Positions 1-8,950 of a stretch of 64,000 nucleotides of DNA are shown piece by piece. A model generated the notes under the pieces. It made no database searches and was not told where the DNA came from. It saw nothing but the letters and a program-made list of their open reading frames with translations. Made by a program: the position numbers and the translations under genes. The DNA comes from a virus, in IMG/VR virus record IMGVR_UViG_3300017760_000001, positions 1 to 64,000 of that record; one strand, 5' to 3'. Each line of letters begins with the position of its first letter. Within the stretch, counting starts at the first letter, position 1.

Positions 1-161
1 AATATTTTTTGATTCCCATTGCCTGGAATTGCCAGATTTTTATAAGGAACATCTAAATGATCAGCAAGTTTTGCGACAACTGTCTTTTCGTGGTGACTGT
101 TATCTATGAATCCTTCTAGTTCATCTCCCCAAACGTAACTACATCCTCCTGCCAGTAACAT
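1..161 (-). CDS. SGNH-hydrolase-like protein (partial, runs off window start)
   Basis: Not in the ORF track. ATG at 161 reads MLLAGGCSYVWGDELEG...YKNLAIPGNGNQKIF, paralogous to 25999..26775 (GCS-x-x-x-G block and later G-x-x-N). Confidence 0.6.
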   Translation of the reverse strand, partial: MLLAGGCSYVWGDELEGFIDNSHHEKTVVAKLADHLDVPYKNLAIPGNGNQKI

Positions 162-163
162 TT

Positions 164-970
164 TTATTTGGCCGTCCTAACTTCTTTGTACCCGAAATCT
201 TTCCAAGGATATAAAGCATCATTATCGGGCGTTTGTTTTCTATCAGTTCTATAGTCATGGTATCTATTAATCTTCGCTCTAGCACCAAAGTTAATAAACC
301 GTCTGAAGTGATCTGTCGGTTTACGAGTTTCCGCCATGTGCCATGCAGTAGGAATATTAGGCCATATAACAAGTCGATTGTTAATGTACTTTATTCTCTT
401 GGATTCTATTGTATCCTTACTCAAATGTAAAGCACTATCGTCCGACTCATCATCGTCTTCCTTCAAGTATAGAAATCCAGAAATCAAAGTCTTACCTTGG
501 TCTAAATGCCATCCAATAGTTTTTTTAGGTTCTTTAAGACTATTGTAAGCACCATAACAAATACTACCACATGTAAAATCAGTATCTTCAAAATTAGGAT
601 AAAAATCAGTAAAAACTGGATTAAACGCCTCTCTCAACATTTTTGTGAAATTTTCGTTATTGAGAAGATTGTCCAGAACACAATCTACAATAAATCTAAA
701 CTTATCGGAAAAAATATCATTACTAACATTAGCGATACGACAATCACCTGCCGATCTATGCGGATTATTCGAATCACGATAAACTTCGAACCTCCAGTAG
801 TCTGGCATATCAACTTTAGAAGCGTAATTCTTTAGATCGTCATTATTTGCGAGAAAATCCAATACGTATTCGTTCGTTATAAAATCATCAATGATAATAT
901 GTGGTGTTGGTTCTAAATATAACTTAGGTTCGATCTTAAACATATTAACCTTCGCAGGCTCTGCACTCAT
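164..970 (-). CDS. 2OG-Fe(II) oxygenase-like protein
   Basis: GWHLD (HxD), distal AWH and RRFIN Arg; AT-rich. Confidence 0.6.
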   Translation of the reverse strand: MSAEPAKVNMFKIEPKLYLEPTPHIIIDDFITNEYVLDFLANNDDLKNYASKVDMPDYWRFEVYRDSNNPHRSAGDCRIANVSNDIFSDKFRFIVDCVLDNLLNNENFTKMLREAFNPVFTDFYPNFEDTDFTCGSICYGAYNSLKEPKKTIGWHLDQGKTLISGFLYLKEDDDESDDSALHLSKDTIESKRIKYINNRLVIWPNIPTAWHMAETRKPTDHFRRFINFGARAKINRYHDYRTDRKQTPDNDALYPWKDFGYKEVRTAK

Positions 971-2933
971 CGTCCTCAGATGATTCGACTATAGTCTTGT
1001 TCATAAAGTTCTGTAGTTCGTCCCACCCACCAACATATTGTCCTTCGATGTAGATCTGCGGTACAGTCTTAACCTTACGACCAGTTACTTCTGCCGCTGT
1101 CTTACCGATGTCTGCGAGGTCAATATAGTCGTATGGAATACCACGTAATTTTAACTCATCTTTTGCCATTTGGCAATAGGGACAATTCTTTTTACCATAA
1201 ACAATAGTACGAGAGTCTTCCGCAAGCGCAACTCGTTCTACTTTCTCCGATACATTCTCTGCACGTTGTTTCGCCTCGGTACGTAGATAGTACAGACCCT
1301 TCAGTCCTTTATCCCATGCACTGTAGTGTACTCGACTCACATAAGACTTCTCTGCACCAGCAGGGAAGAATAGGTTGACACTCTGACCTTGACAGATAAA
1401 CGGTTGACGTTCAGCTGCATGTTGTACTACCCACATCTGATCGAGTTCTTGGGCAGTTCTAAACACTGACTTCTCGCCTTCAGTCAGGAACGGTAAGTGT
1501 TGTACCGATCCTTTGTTTGTGATTATGGATGTCCAATTGGATTCATTGTTTTCACCCTTTTCCTCTAGTAGTTTCGTCAAGTACTTGTTCTTCACAAGGA
1601 ATGAACCAGCACGTGTACGGTGCGTATATGCATTCGCCTTCAACGGTTCAATAGATGGACTCGTTGATAGGATTACTCCGCTTGATGCATTTGGTGCGAT
1701 TGCCATAAGGTGCGAATTTCTTTTGCCTGATCCTTCACCGTCTGGGTACTCTCCTCGTTCATCTGCGAGTTGTTCTGTCTCTGCGTGTGCTCGAGAGTTA
1801 ATTGTTTCGAATACAACTTTATTGATCTCTCTTGCGGTTTCTGACTCCCATGCAACCCCATGTTTCTGGAGGAGTGAATGGAATCCCATAGCGCCGAGAC
1901 CGATCGAACGTTCTCGTGCGGCTGAGTATTTTGCTCTTTCAATCGTGTCTGGAGCGTTGTCGATAAAATACTCAAGGACATTATCAAGCATACGAACAAG
2001 ATCTTGTACAATAGTGGTGTCTTTCCACTCATCATAATACTCCAGATTTAAAGAAGACAAACAACATACGGCAGTACGTTCTGCATCTGTGGGCAAGTGT
2101 ATCTCGTTACATAGGTTAGATCCATGAATCTTTAATCCTTTTTCTTTCAGTGGTTGTGGTAGATCTGCATTCGCAGTATCAATAAAGTTCAGGTAAGGTT
2201 CACCTGTACGGAATCGTGTCTCAAGGATACGTTCCCATAGTTTACGAGCATCGACTGTGTCTTTAACACCGTTGTCCTTTGGATCACGAAGATCAAAAGA
2301 ACTTCCCTGTTTAACTGCCTCCATAAACTCGTCACTAATATTAAGTGCATTGTGGAGGTTCAATGCTTTACGTTGCACATCACCTGTCGGGATACGCATG
2401 TTTAGAAATTCGATAATGTCAGGGTGACTCACGTCCATGTAAGCTGCATACGAACCTTTACGAGTCTTACCTTGACGGTATGCAATCATGTCCGCATCTA
2501 CTGTGTGTAGGAAAGGCATTGGGCCAGGCGCAATGTCCGATACAGTTCTTACAGCAGACCAATGTCCGCCAACACCCCCGCCATAAACAGACAACCAACG
2601 TAACTCGCTGGAATGGCTAATAAGACCCTCAAGACTATCTGGTACATATGTGAGAAAACAAGAGATGGGCATTCCCTTACCTTTTTTCTCTCCGTTGGGA
2701 GCGTTCGATAGTACTGGACTAGCAAACATAAAATACTTATTACTAACGTAATCATAAAGACGTTGAGCAAGGGCATAATCGGTTTCCCCTTTGTATGTTG
2801 CCCATGCAGTAGCTGCACGTGCGTAGGCTTGTTGTGGTGAGTCTTCTTTTTCAGTTAAATAAAAATCTTTCAACATTCCTACTGCGTAATCTGCGAGTAG
2901 TTTATCCATAGATTTATTAATTTTTATTTTCAT
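945..2933 (-). CDS. nrdA: Class I ribonucleotide reductase alpha subunit with fused C-terminal glutaredoxin domain
   Basis: ISCF, SNLCNEI, AVCCL, APNASS, GLYY tyrosine pair, C-terminal CRAC; Grx insert CPYC...TVPQI...VGG; no ATP-cone. Confidence 0.95.
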   Translation of the reverse strand: MKIKINKSMDKLLADYAVGMLKDFYLTEKEDSPQQAYARAATAWATYKGETDYALAQRLYDYVSNKYFMFASPVLSNAPNGEKKGKGMPISCFLTYVPDSLEGLISHSSELRWLSVYGGGVGGHWSAVRTVSDIAPGPMPFLHTVDADMIAYRQGKTRKGSYAAYMDVSHPDIIEFLNMRIPTGDVQRKALNLHNALNISDEFMEAVKQGSSFDLRDPKDNGVKDTVDARKLWERILETRFRTGEPYLNFIDTANADLPQPLKEKGLKIHGSNLCNEIHLPTDAERTAVCCLSSLNLEYYDEWKDTTIVQDLVRMLDNVLEYFIDNAPDTIERAKYSAARERSIGLGAMGFHSLLQKHGVAWESETAREINKVVFETINSRAHAETEQLADERGEYPDGEGSGKRNSHLMAIAPNASSGVILSTSPSIEPLKANAYTHRTRAGSFLVKNKYLTKLLEEKGENNESNWTSIITNKGSVQHLPFLTEGEKSVFRTAQELDQMWVVQHAAERQPFICQGQSVNLFFPAGAEKSYVSRVHYSAWDKGLKGLYYLRTEAKQRAENVSEKVERVALAEDSRTIVYGKKNCPYCQMAKDELKLRGIPYDYIDLADIGKTAAEVTGRKVKTVPQIYIEGQYVGGWDELQNFMNKTIVESSEDDECRACEG

Positions 2934-2943
2934 ATTTTATCCG

Positions 2944-3300
2944 TTATACTGTGGTGTAATTGTAGACTGGTTCGGTCTCGGTAAAGTCAACCTCTTCGAC
3001 CAAAAACTGTTTGCCTGTTTTTTGAAACTCACGAAGAACATTTAACATGTAATCCATCTGTTCATCTTCGTCAAGTAGACCTTCCCACAACATATGATTG
3101 GTCAGGGATTGATCGTAGTTCTCTACAATAAATCTGTGGGGGTGAAGATATTTATCATCGCAACCATCTACAGGCACATAAAACAAACGACTGGTCAGTC
3201 CCATTTGGTCGTATTCATCTTGTTTTTTATGTATCCATTTGGTATCGTCACCTTCGTGGATAAAGATGACCACGTCTCCGTAGTCTACAAATTCTGACAA
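2944..3300 (-). CDS. hypothetical protein
   Basis: 118 aa ORF with AAGGA RBS, downstream of a sigma70 promoter. Confidence 0.6.
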   Translation of the reverse strand: MSEFVDYGDVVIFIHEGDDTKWIHKKQDEYDQMGLTSRLFYVPVDGCDDKYLHPHRFIVENYDQSLTNHMLWEGLLDEDEQMDYMLNVLREFQKTGKQFLVEEVDFTETEPVYNYTTV

Positions 3301-3336
3301 ATTTATATTCCTTCTGTTGGTTTTTATTAGGGGGGT

Positions 3337-3365
3337 ATTATATCACTTTGAGCGTGACTTGTCAA
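3337..3365 (-). promoter_or_regulatory. sigma70-type promoter upstream of the nrdA unit
   Basis: TTGACA-17-TATAAT. Confidence 0.8.
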
Positions 3366-3810
3366 TAGCCCTTGAACCAAACCAGAAAGAAATAATTGCA
3401 GCAAAGATTGCCTTGGTGTCATCGTCCCATAGGACGTTTAATGCTTCCGACAATTCCGCACCTTTACTGAGAGTGTCATTCAATAGACTGACCTCAATAG
3501 TTACGAACAATGCAAAAAAAGCATATGTGATAACTGGACGAACAGACTTCTGAAGGCCTGCAATGAATCCAGTTGATTTTGAGATTGCGATATCATGATC
3601 GACTAATCGTTGATGTTCTTGATCAGATGCTTGTTGTTCATACATCTTGATGTCTTGATCGAAACCCATCTTGCGGAGTTCCGCCATGTGGGTCATTTCT
3701 TCAAGTTTAAATTTATTCTGTGCCTTTGTCTTAAAGTGATCCATGATGCCCGGCACTACCGATCCACCAAATCCTAAAAGACTACCTAACATTCCACTCA
3801 TCATGGTCAT
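3343..3810 (-). CDS. membrane protein resembling 3TM (GTA-type) holins
   Basis: N-terminal hydrophobic segment, coiled coil, VRPVITY TM segment, C-terminal FWFGSR. Confidence 0.55.
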   Translation of the reverse strand: MTMMSGMLGSLLGFGGSVVPGIMDHFKTKAQNKFKLEEMTHMAELRKMGFDQDIKMYEQQASDQEHQRLVDHDIAISKSTGFIAGLQKSVRPVITYAFFALFVTIEVSLLNDTLSKGAELSEALNVLWDDDTKAIFAAIISFWFGSRAIDKSRSK

Positions 3811-3823
3811 TCACTCCAATTCG

Positions 3824-4000
3824 TTATGCGCTGTCTTTACCCATCATGCGCTTTAATATTTTTTCCATATCTTTACGTTTTATTTTTCTATCATACTTCT
3901 TACGCATGACAACAGTAGAAGAGTCGTCCCCTGTGCCTGCCACTCCTGTACCAGTAGACATTGTAGGGGCGTCCTCTAGAAACTTTTTAAAATTCTTCAC
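3824..4000 (-). CDS. 58 aa protein with capsid-targeting-like N-terminus
   Basis: Below ORF-track cutoff. GGAG RBS, GTG start, MKNFKKFLEDAPTMSTGTGVAGTGDDSSTVVMRKKYDRK...DSA*. Confidence 0.7.
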   Translation of the reverse strand: MKNFKKFLEDAPTMSTGTGVAGTGDDSSTVVMRKKYDRKIKRKDMEKILKRMMGKDSA

Positions 4001-4024
4001 TTGTGATCTCCAGATTTTTTTCGG

Positions 4025-4696
4025 TCAACGAGTTTTTATGTACAAAGACGAATTAATTGTTTTTGGGAAAGTTTCGTCATATCCATTAGTGTAATCAGTT
4101 ATTTCATACATTAAATTATGAAAATAATCATAACCCAAATCTTCGAGGTGATCAGATATAATTTTACTGGTCTCTTCGTGACCAACAGAGTCACTGTTCA
4201 TTACCCAAATATAATTTGGTTCTAACTTTTTCGCTATTTTTATATCGTGTTCTAAAGTGTCGATATCACCATCAATACAAACAATATCATATTTTTTATA
4301 ATTTGGATCGTCCTCTGGATTATATTCTAACGAACTCAAAGTATCGTATTGGAATCTATGAGTGAAACGTGACTCCAGTTTTCTCATATTAGATTCAATA
4401 AAAATTTTATTTGTTTTATCAAAAGTTGTAACTTCAAGATTAGAGTCAACAGATAACCAGAATAAACTACTGAATCCAGCGCCAGTGCCTATTTCGAGTA
4501 TTTTTATTGATTCAGACGGTTCACGCCGATTATCATTATAAAGAACATGTTTCATCTGATAAAACATATTATAATTTTCATTATTAAAATGTGTTTGCCA
4601 AGATCTGTTTACAGAGGGGGTCTTCACTGATTCAGTTTCTAAATCTCTGTAAAGGTCTTCCATGTCACTGAATTTTATTTCTACATTTTCCATCAT
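4025..4696 (-). CDS. class I SAM-dependent methyltransferase
   Basis: ILEIGTGAGFS motif I, YDIVCIDG; very AT-rich. Confidence 0.75.
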   Translation of the reverse strand: MMENVEIKFSDMEDLYRDLETESVKTPSVNRSWQTHFNNENYNMFYQMKHVLYNDNRREPSESIKILEIGTGAGFSSLFWLSVDSNLEVTTFDKTNKIFIESNMRKLESRFTHRFQYDTLSSLEYNPEDDPNYKKYDIVCIDGDIDTLEHDIKIAKKLEPNYIWVMNSDSVGHEETSKIISDHLEDLGYDYFHNLMYEITDYTNGYDETFPKTINSSLYIKTR

Positions 4697-4698
4697 TA

Positions 4699-5298
4699 CT
4701 ACCTTGTTATCTCGGATACACTTATGTAAATGGATTGTCCAGACTTCTCGTGAACCGCTTCATAAATGTTTAATCCAAGAACATCTGTAAATGGTGCGTT
4801 GTTATCTTCGGTCACACGAACTCTATCACCTTTAGTAACAACCTCTGCACACTTAGTTGTCATGCTATCATATTTCATTTTATACATGCCAGGCGATAGT
4901 TTGTTCCCTTCTATTACAAACCATTGATGATCTTCCGCAAGAACATCCAGTATATCGATGCCTGTTTCTTTGTGGATCTTCATCAAGTTTGAATCTGACA
5001 GTTCACCGTGTTCTTTGATCAATGCGAGTGCAGCCCCATAACGTGCGACTGCTGACTGACCGCCTGGCACTTTCGCCATGATTCTTTTTATATTGAAAAC
5101 AAGTCTATGGAAAGGAGTGTAGTGTGAACGATACGCTTCACGATCATCCGTACTATTAGTATTGAAATCTTTATTCTTCTTACCGTCTTTGTCAATAATA
5201 CCTTTCTTAAACGCATCGGTATCTTCGAACTTGGTAACAAGTAGTTTTAGGAATCTAATTGTATAGACTAGATCCGCAGCTGATTTTAAAATTCCCAT
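4699..5298 (-). CDS. conserved hypothetical T4-like phage protein
   Basis: 199 aa; AFKKGIIDKDGK, YTPFHRLVFNIKR; follows a late promoter. Confidence 0.65.
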   Translation of the reverse strand: MGILKSAADLVYTIRFLKLLVTKFEDTDAFKKGIIDKDGKKNKDFNTNSTDDREAYRSHYTPFHRLVFNIKRIMAKVPGGQSAVARYGAALALIKEHGELSDSNLMKIHKETGIDILDVLAEDHQWFVIEGNKLSPGMYKMKYDSMTTKCAEVVTKGDRVRVTEDNNAPFTDVLGLNIYEAVHEKSGQSIYISVSEITR

Positions 5299-5322
5299 TT
5301 TATATTCTCAAAGGTTTTAATC

Positions 5323-5330
5323 TATTTATA
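5323..5330 (-). promoter_or_regulatory. T4 late (gp55) promoter
   Basis: TATAAATA about 25 nt upstream of ATG 5298. Confidence 0.7.
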
Positions 5331-5691
5331 ATCTGGCAATCTCTCGCAGACGTTCAATTACAAATTTATCCATATTAATCCCAGTAATCTCGTCATTCTT
5401 TAATGCACGTAGATATATCAGAAAAGGTTTGAGTGCAGGCCAATGATCTAGTTGAATCTTCTGTGCTAACATCTCTATGGTGGGTTCATTACCAAACACA
5501 TTTAATAACACGATCAGGTGATTGAGTATTAGTCTTTCTGCTAAATGACCTGTAGAATGATAACGATTCAACAAACGTTTGATATACTTGAATCGTTTGA
5601 GGTCTTCGAAAAATTCGTCCTCGTTTATACAGTTGGGACTGTGATAGTGTTTGGCTGCGAATAATGTAAAGTTCTTTTGTGTTAACTCCAT
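5326..5691 (-). CDS. conserved hypothetical T4-like phage protein
   Basis: FAAKHY..P.C, EFFEDLKRFKYIKRL, RLILNH. Confidence 0.7.
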   Translation of the reverse strand: MELTQKNFTLFAAKHYHSPNCINEDEFFEDLKRFKYIKRLLNRYHSTGHLAERLILNHLIVLLNVFGNEPTIEMLAQKIQLDHWPALKPFLIYLRALKNDEITGINMDKFVIERLREIARL

Positions 5692-6710
5692 TTTACTTTA
5701 TACTCATAGTTATCAATATTGACTGCATCTGGTCGATTCATTTCTGGCAAGTGCCAATCCTTTATAGACTCATATTTGTTTTTCAAGTTATGTTCTTCTA
5801 TATAGTCTAAAAGTATCGCAATCCAGTCAAAACTGAGTGTTTCTGTCAATACATCATAATTACTAGAAACTATACTGTCAAAGTCTAGGTTTCGGTGTAA
5901 GTAAGAGTAATTTTCTTCAAATCGAGAATCTATTTTTTTTGGATTGGGAATTTCATTATGTACGACCATAGTAAGATTGCCTTTTTTACACAAACATTTC
6001 AATCTTAAAAACTCAACTAAATCCTCTCCGATTGTTAGAGTGTTGTCGAATCGAATCAATTCTGCAGCCTTTCTAGAATAAAAAACCATTCGGGTAAAAG
6101 TTTCTCTTTGTTCTGAATCGCCATTACCAAAATCCCAACAAAACGTTTCGAATATAGATCTTTCTGTTGCCCATTCTACGTGTTTTTGTTTTTGTTCTTT
6201 AGTCAAATTCTTTTTGTTTTGCAACATATGTTCTAAATGTTGTTTAAAAGATTCATTATCATCAATTTTACGAGGTCTTACCCAAGCGGTCACCTTCCAT
6301 GTTTGTTGAACTTTTAGTTCGTCATTATCTTTGTCGAAAAAATATCTACGTATCTTTCTTGTAAGTTGATTTTTAAGACAAACAATGTCTGGAGGATTTT
6401 TTGATCGGGATATTGATTTATATAGATCATAACCATAAGGTGTAATCTCATCATCACCATCAACTTGAACCATGTATTCGTTATCAGATTCAAGGAACAG
6501 TTTCATGACAGAATTTTTGCCAGTAGCAGGCGTTCCGTCTGATTCTGTTACGTAGTATTCGATAGAATTTTCTTGACAGTATGCCGAGGCCTGATCAACG
6601 AAGTCGTTATTTAGAGAATTAATAACGACTACTTGATCTTTGAATGGTATCGTTGCTGCATGATTTTTTAAATATTCTAACTTTCTATGAACAAGAATAT
6701 AGAATTTCAC
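5682..6710 (-). CDS. putative GT-A-fold glycosyltransferase-like protein
   Basis: TPATGKNS, VQVDGDD (DxD), GED; AT-rich. Confidence 0.5.
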   Translation of the reverse strand: MKFYILVHRKLEYLKNHAATIPFKDQVVVINSLNNDFVDQASAYCQENSIEYYVTESDGTPATGKNSVMKLFLESDNEYMVQVDGDDEITPYGYDLYKSISRSKNPPDIVCLKNQLTRKIRRYFFDKDNDELKVQQTWKVTAWVRPRKIDDNESFKQHLEHMLQNKKNLTKEQKQKHVEWATERSIFETFCWDFGNGDSEQRETFTRMVFYSRKAAELIRFDNTLTIGEDLVEFLRLKCLCKKGNLTMVVHNEIPNPKKIDSRFEENYSYLHRNLDFDSIVSSNYDVLTETLSFDWIAILLDYIEEHNLKNKYESIKDWHLPEMNRPDAVNIDNYEYKVKWS

Positions 6711-6723
6711 TAATTGTCCTTTA

Positions 6724-7035
6724 TTATATAATTTCTTTTATTTGACTCACTAGTTTTGCTTTACTTAGCCTACGGTCTAATTCAACACCGTATTGACGAC
6801 CTAAAGCTTCTAACTCAGTCTTGGTCATCTCTTGTAAGGACTTTCCACCTACAGGCGCCTCAGTCAATAGAGACGCTTTAGGTTGAATAACTTCTTCGGT
6901 TACACCAAAGAATTCATCTATCTGACTTTGAGTGAACCCACTAGATATATAGAGTTCACCTGTTACTGGATCTTCCCAACCACGAAGAGTTGGGACTGCA
7001 TTTGCACACCAGCCTGGTGCTTTTAGTTTAGACAT
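6724..7035 (-). CDS. hypothetical protein with C-terminal Rho-N/HeH-like helix pair
   Basis: LQEMTKTELEALGRQYGVELDRRLSKAKLVSQI. Confidence 0.6.
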   Translation of the reverse strand: MSKLKAPGWCANAVPTLRGWEDPVTGELYISSGFTQSQIDEFFGVTEEVIQPKASLLTEAPVGGKSLQEMTKTELEALGRQYGVELDRRLSKAKLVSQIKEII

Positions 7036-7052
7036 AATATTAACCTCAATTT

Positions 7053-7841
7053 TTACTTACGTAATTGTTCCAAGGTTCGTTTAATCAATTCGGATTGTTC
7101 CTTAACACCCTTGGGTTTAGAATCACCATTAGCATTGTCGCCTGGACGTTTCTTCGGGGACGGGCCACCTTTCCCTGCTTTGGTAGTTTTATCTACTGCA
7201 TCATCATAGTTGTCTTCGATTTTTTTGTCAGACTTCTTATGAGCATCAATAAATTCTTTAGACTTAGGCGACTCTTTAGAATCAATCGCTTCACCTTCAG
7301 CAGTGTCCGCAGTCTTCTTCTCAGAAAGAGTAACAAGTGCTTCCCACAATGCATCAGACGCTTCTTTATAACTTTCAGAGGCCATTGCTTTAGATACTGC
7401 TTTACGTCTCTTGTGAAGGAACTTGTCTGAATCGTCTACATCGCCATCGTTGTCGATGTCTTTGTCTTTACGATCTTTGAATTTCTTTTTAGTCGCTTTA
7501 GGTTGAACTTTATCTAGACCTTCACCATCGTCAGACTTGTCGTTGGTGTTGTCTTCTTCAACTTCTTCCTCATCGTCCTCTTTCTTTTTCTTCTTAGGAG
7601 GAACTGGTTTCTTTTCTTTGTCGTCATCGTCAGACTTCTCATCGTCTACGTCAACGTCTTTACCAGCAGGAACTGCTTTCTTACCGTCCTTCTCTTCGTC
7701 ATCAGCTTTCTTCTTACCGACAGCCGCTTTCTTCAGAAGTTCAGGATCGATATCTTCCGATACAGTTTCCTCTACGATTTCTTCTACCTTACCAGAGACA
7801 ACCTCAGCATATGCCTCTTTCAACTTTTTAATATCTGACAT
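7053..7841 (-). CDS. highly charged probable head-internal protein
   Basis: K/D/E-rich; DIDNDGDVDDSDKFLHKRRKA motif; GGAG RBS. Confidence 0.6.
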   Translation of the reverse strand: MSDIKKLKEAYAEVVSGKVEEIVEETVSEDIDPELLKKAAVGKKKADDEEKDGKKAVPAGKDVDVDDEKSDDDDKEKKPVPPKKKKKEDDEEEVEEDNTNDKSDDGEGLDKVQPKATKKKFKDRKDKDIDNDGDVDDSDKFLHKRRKAVSKAMASESYKEASDALWEALVTLSEKKTADTAEGEAIDSKESPKSKEFIDAHKKSDKKIEDNYDDAVDKTTKAGKGGPSPKKRPGDNANGDSKPKGVKEQSELIKRTLEQLRK

Positions 7842-7849
7842 GTTGTCTC

Positions 7850-8137
7850 CTATTGACTTAACCAGAAGTAGTCAATAACAACACCAACTGTTGCAACTGC
7901 TACTAAGTATACTATTGAATTAATAATTTGCACTGTACGTGCGTTATCGTCTACCTTTTTCTCAATTGCATCTAACTTTTGAGAAAACTTATTCATTCTT
8001 TCGAAATGATTATTGTGATTGTTCTCGATAGCGATCAACTTCTCCTCCGCACGGGCCAGAGAGATCATGGCATCTGAGAGTTTATCTATCTTCTCTTCGA
8101 TACGATCTAAACGTTTTTGGTTTGTATCTGCTGCCAT
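7850..8137 (-). CDS. coiled-coil protein with C-terminal TM (XhlA/holin-like)
   Basis: RLDRIEEKIDKL heptads followed by IVYLVAVATVGVVI. Confidence 0.5.
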   Translation of the reverse strand: MAADTNQKRLDRIEEKIDKLSDAMISLARAEEKLIAIENNHNNHFERMNKFSQKLDAIEKKVDDNARTVQIINSIVYLVAVATVGVVIDYFWLSQ

Positions 8138-8168
8138 TACTTCATCTTTCCCATGTGATTTATACTAT

Positions 8169-8441
8169 TTATACTTCTACGATACGCAATACTAACGTAT
8201 CTGATCCTTTTATTAGTCGATGGTATTCCATCTTGTTTATACTATAACTATACCCTTCAACTATCTCAACTGGTTCTTCATTGTCCATTTGAAGTTGCCA
8301 ATCGTGTCCTTCCATGACTATAATCTTTCGGTCTCGTTCATCCCTATGCCAGACCAATTCTTCTTCTTCTACGTGTAACCCAAAAGTTCTTAACCTACTA
8401 CCATCATGTAAATGTAACTCAAGATAAGGTCGATCTACCAA
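8169..8441 (-). CDS. small cupin-like protein
   Basis: WHRD ... YHRLIKG. Confidence 0.5.
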   Translation of the reverse strand: MVDRPYLELHLHDGSRLRTFGLHVEEEELVWHRDERDRKIIVMEGHDWQLQMDNEEPVEIVEGYSYSINKMEYHRLIKGSDTLVLRIVEV

Positions 8442-8950
8442 AAGAAACTACCACCACCCGACAGTCCGAGTTGTTTTGCATATCGTGGTAAACGACATGC
8501 CCAGTACGCAGCGGTCATACGATCATTCTGTTGGTCACACTTGTGACGTGCAGCGAATGACTTACGTGCCTTTGGATCATTCAACTTAACTTTAAGTCCA
8601 GTTGTGTCACCCCAAGAGATCTTCTTGATGTTACCTGTAGAAGGATCTTTGACGTGTACGTAATACTTCTTAGGGCCACCCGCTTTAGGTTTACCCAGTT
8701 CTGGTTGTTTCTTGTCTTCTTCGAAGATGCAATCTAATGCAACGTTCTCTCCATTGAACTCAGCAAACTCACCGAGGTTAGACTCCATGATGTCTACTTC
8801 AGATGGGTCGATCTCTAGGTTACCAGCATAGTAATCTTCACGACACTGTCTCCAGTACTCAAAGTACTTCTCTGAACCAACACGGTAGATGTTACTTTCT
8901 ACTAGATTGGATTCCGATCCGCAGTTACAGTGGTCGTTAAATGATTTCAT
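8435..8950 (-). CDS. hypothetical protein (SFAARHKC/YWACR family)
   Basis: 171 aa; ARKSFAARHKC...AAYWACR. Confidence 0.6.
   Translation of the reverse strand: MKSFNDHCNCGSESNLVESNIYRVGSEKYFEYWRQCREDYYAGNLEIDPSEVDIMESNLGEFAEFNGENVALDCIFEEDKKQPELGKPKAGGPKKYYVHVKDPSTGNIKKISWGDTTGLKVKLNDPKARKSFAARHKCDQQNDRMTAAYWACRLPRYAKQLGLSGGGSFFW

Noticed and set aside
7053-7841. Low-complexity K/D/E tracts here and at 59381..59530 as DNA repeats
   Set aside because: Explained by charged protein composition; no exact tandem unit
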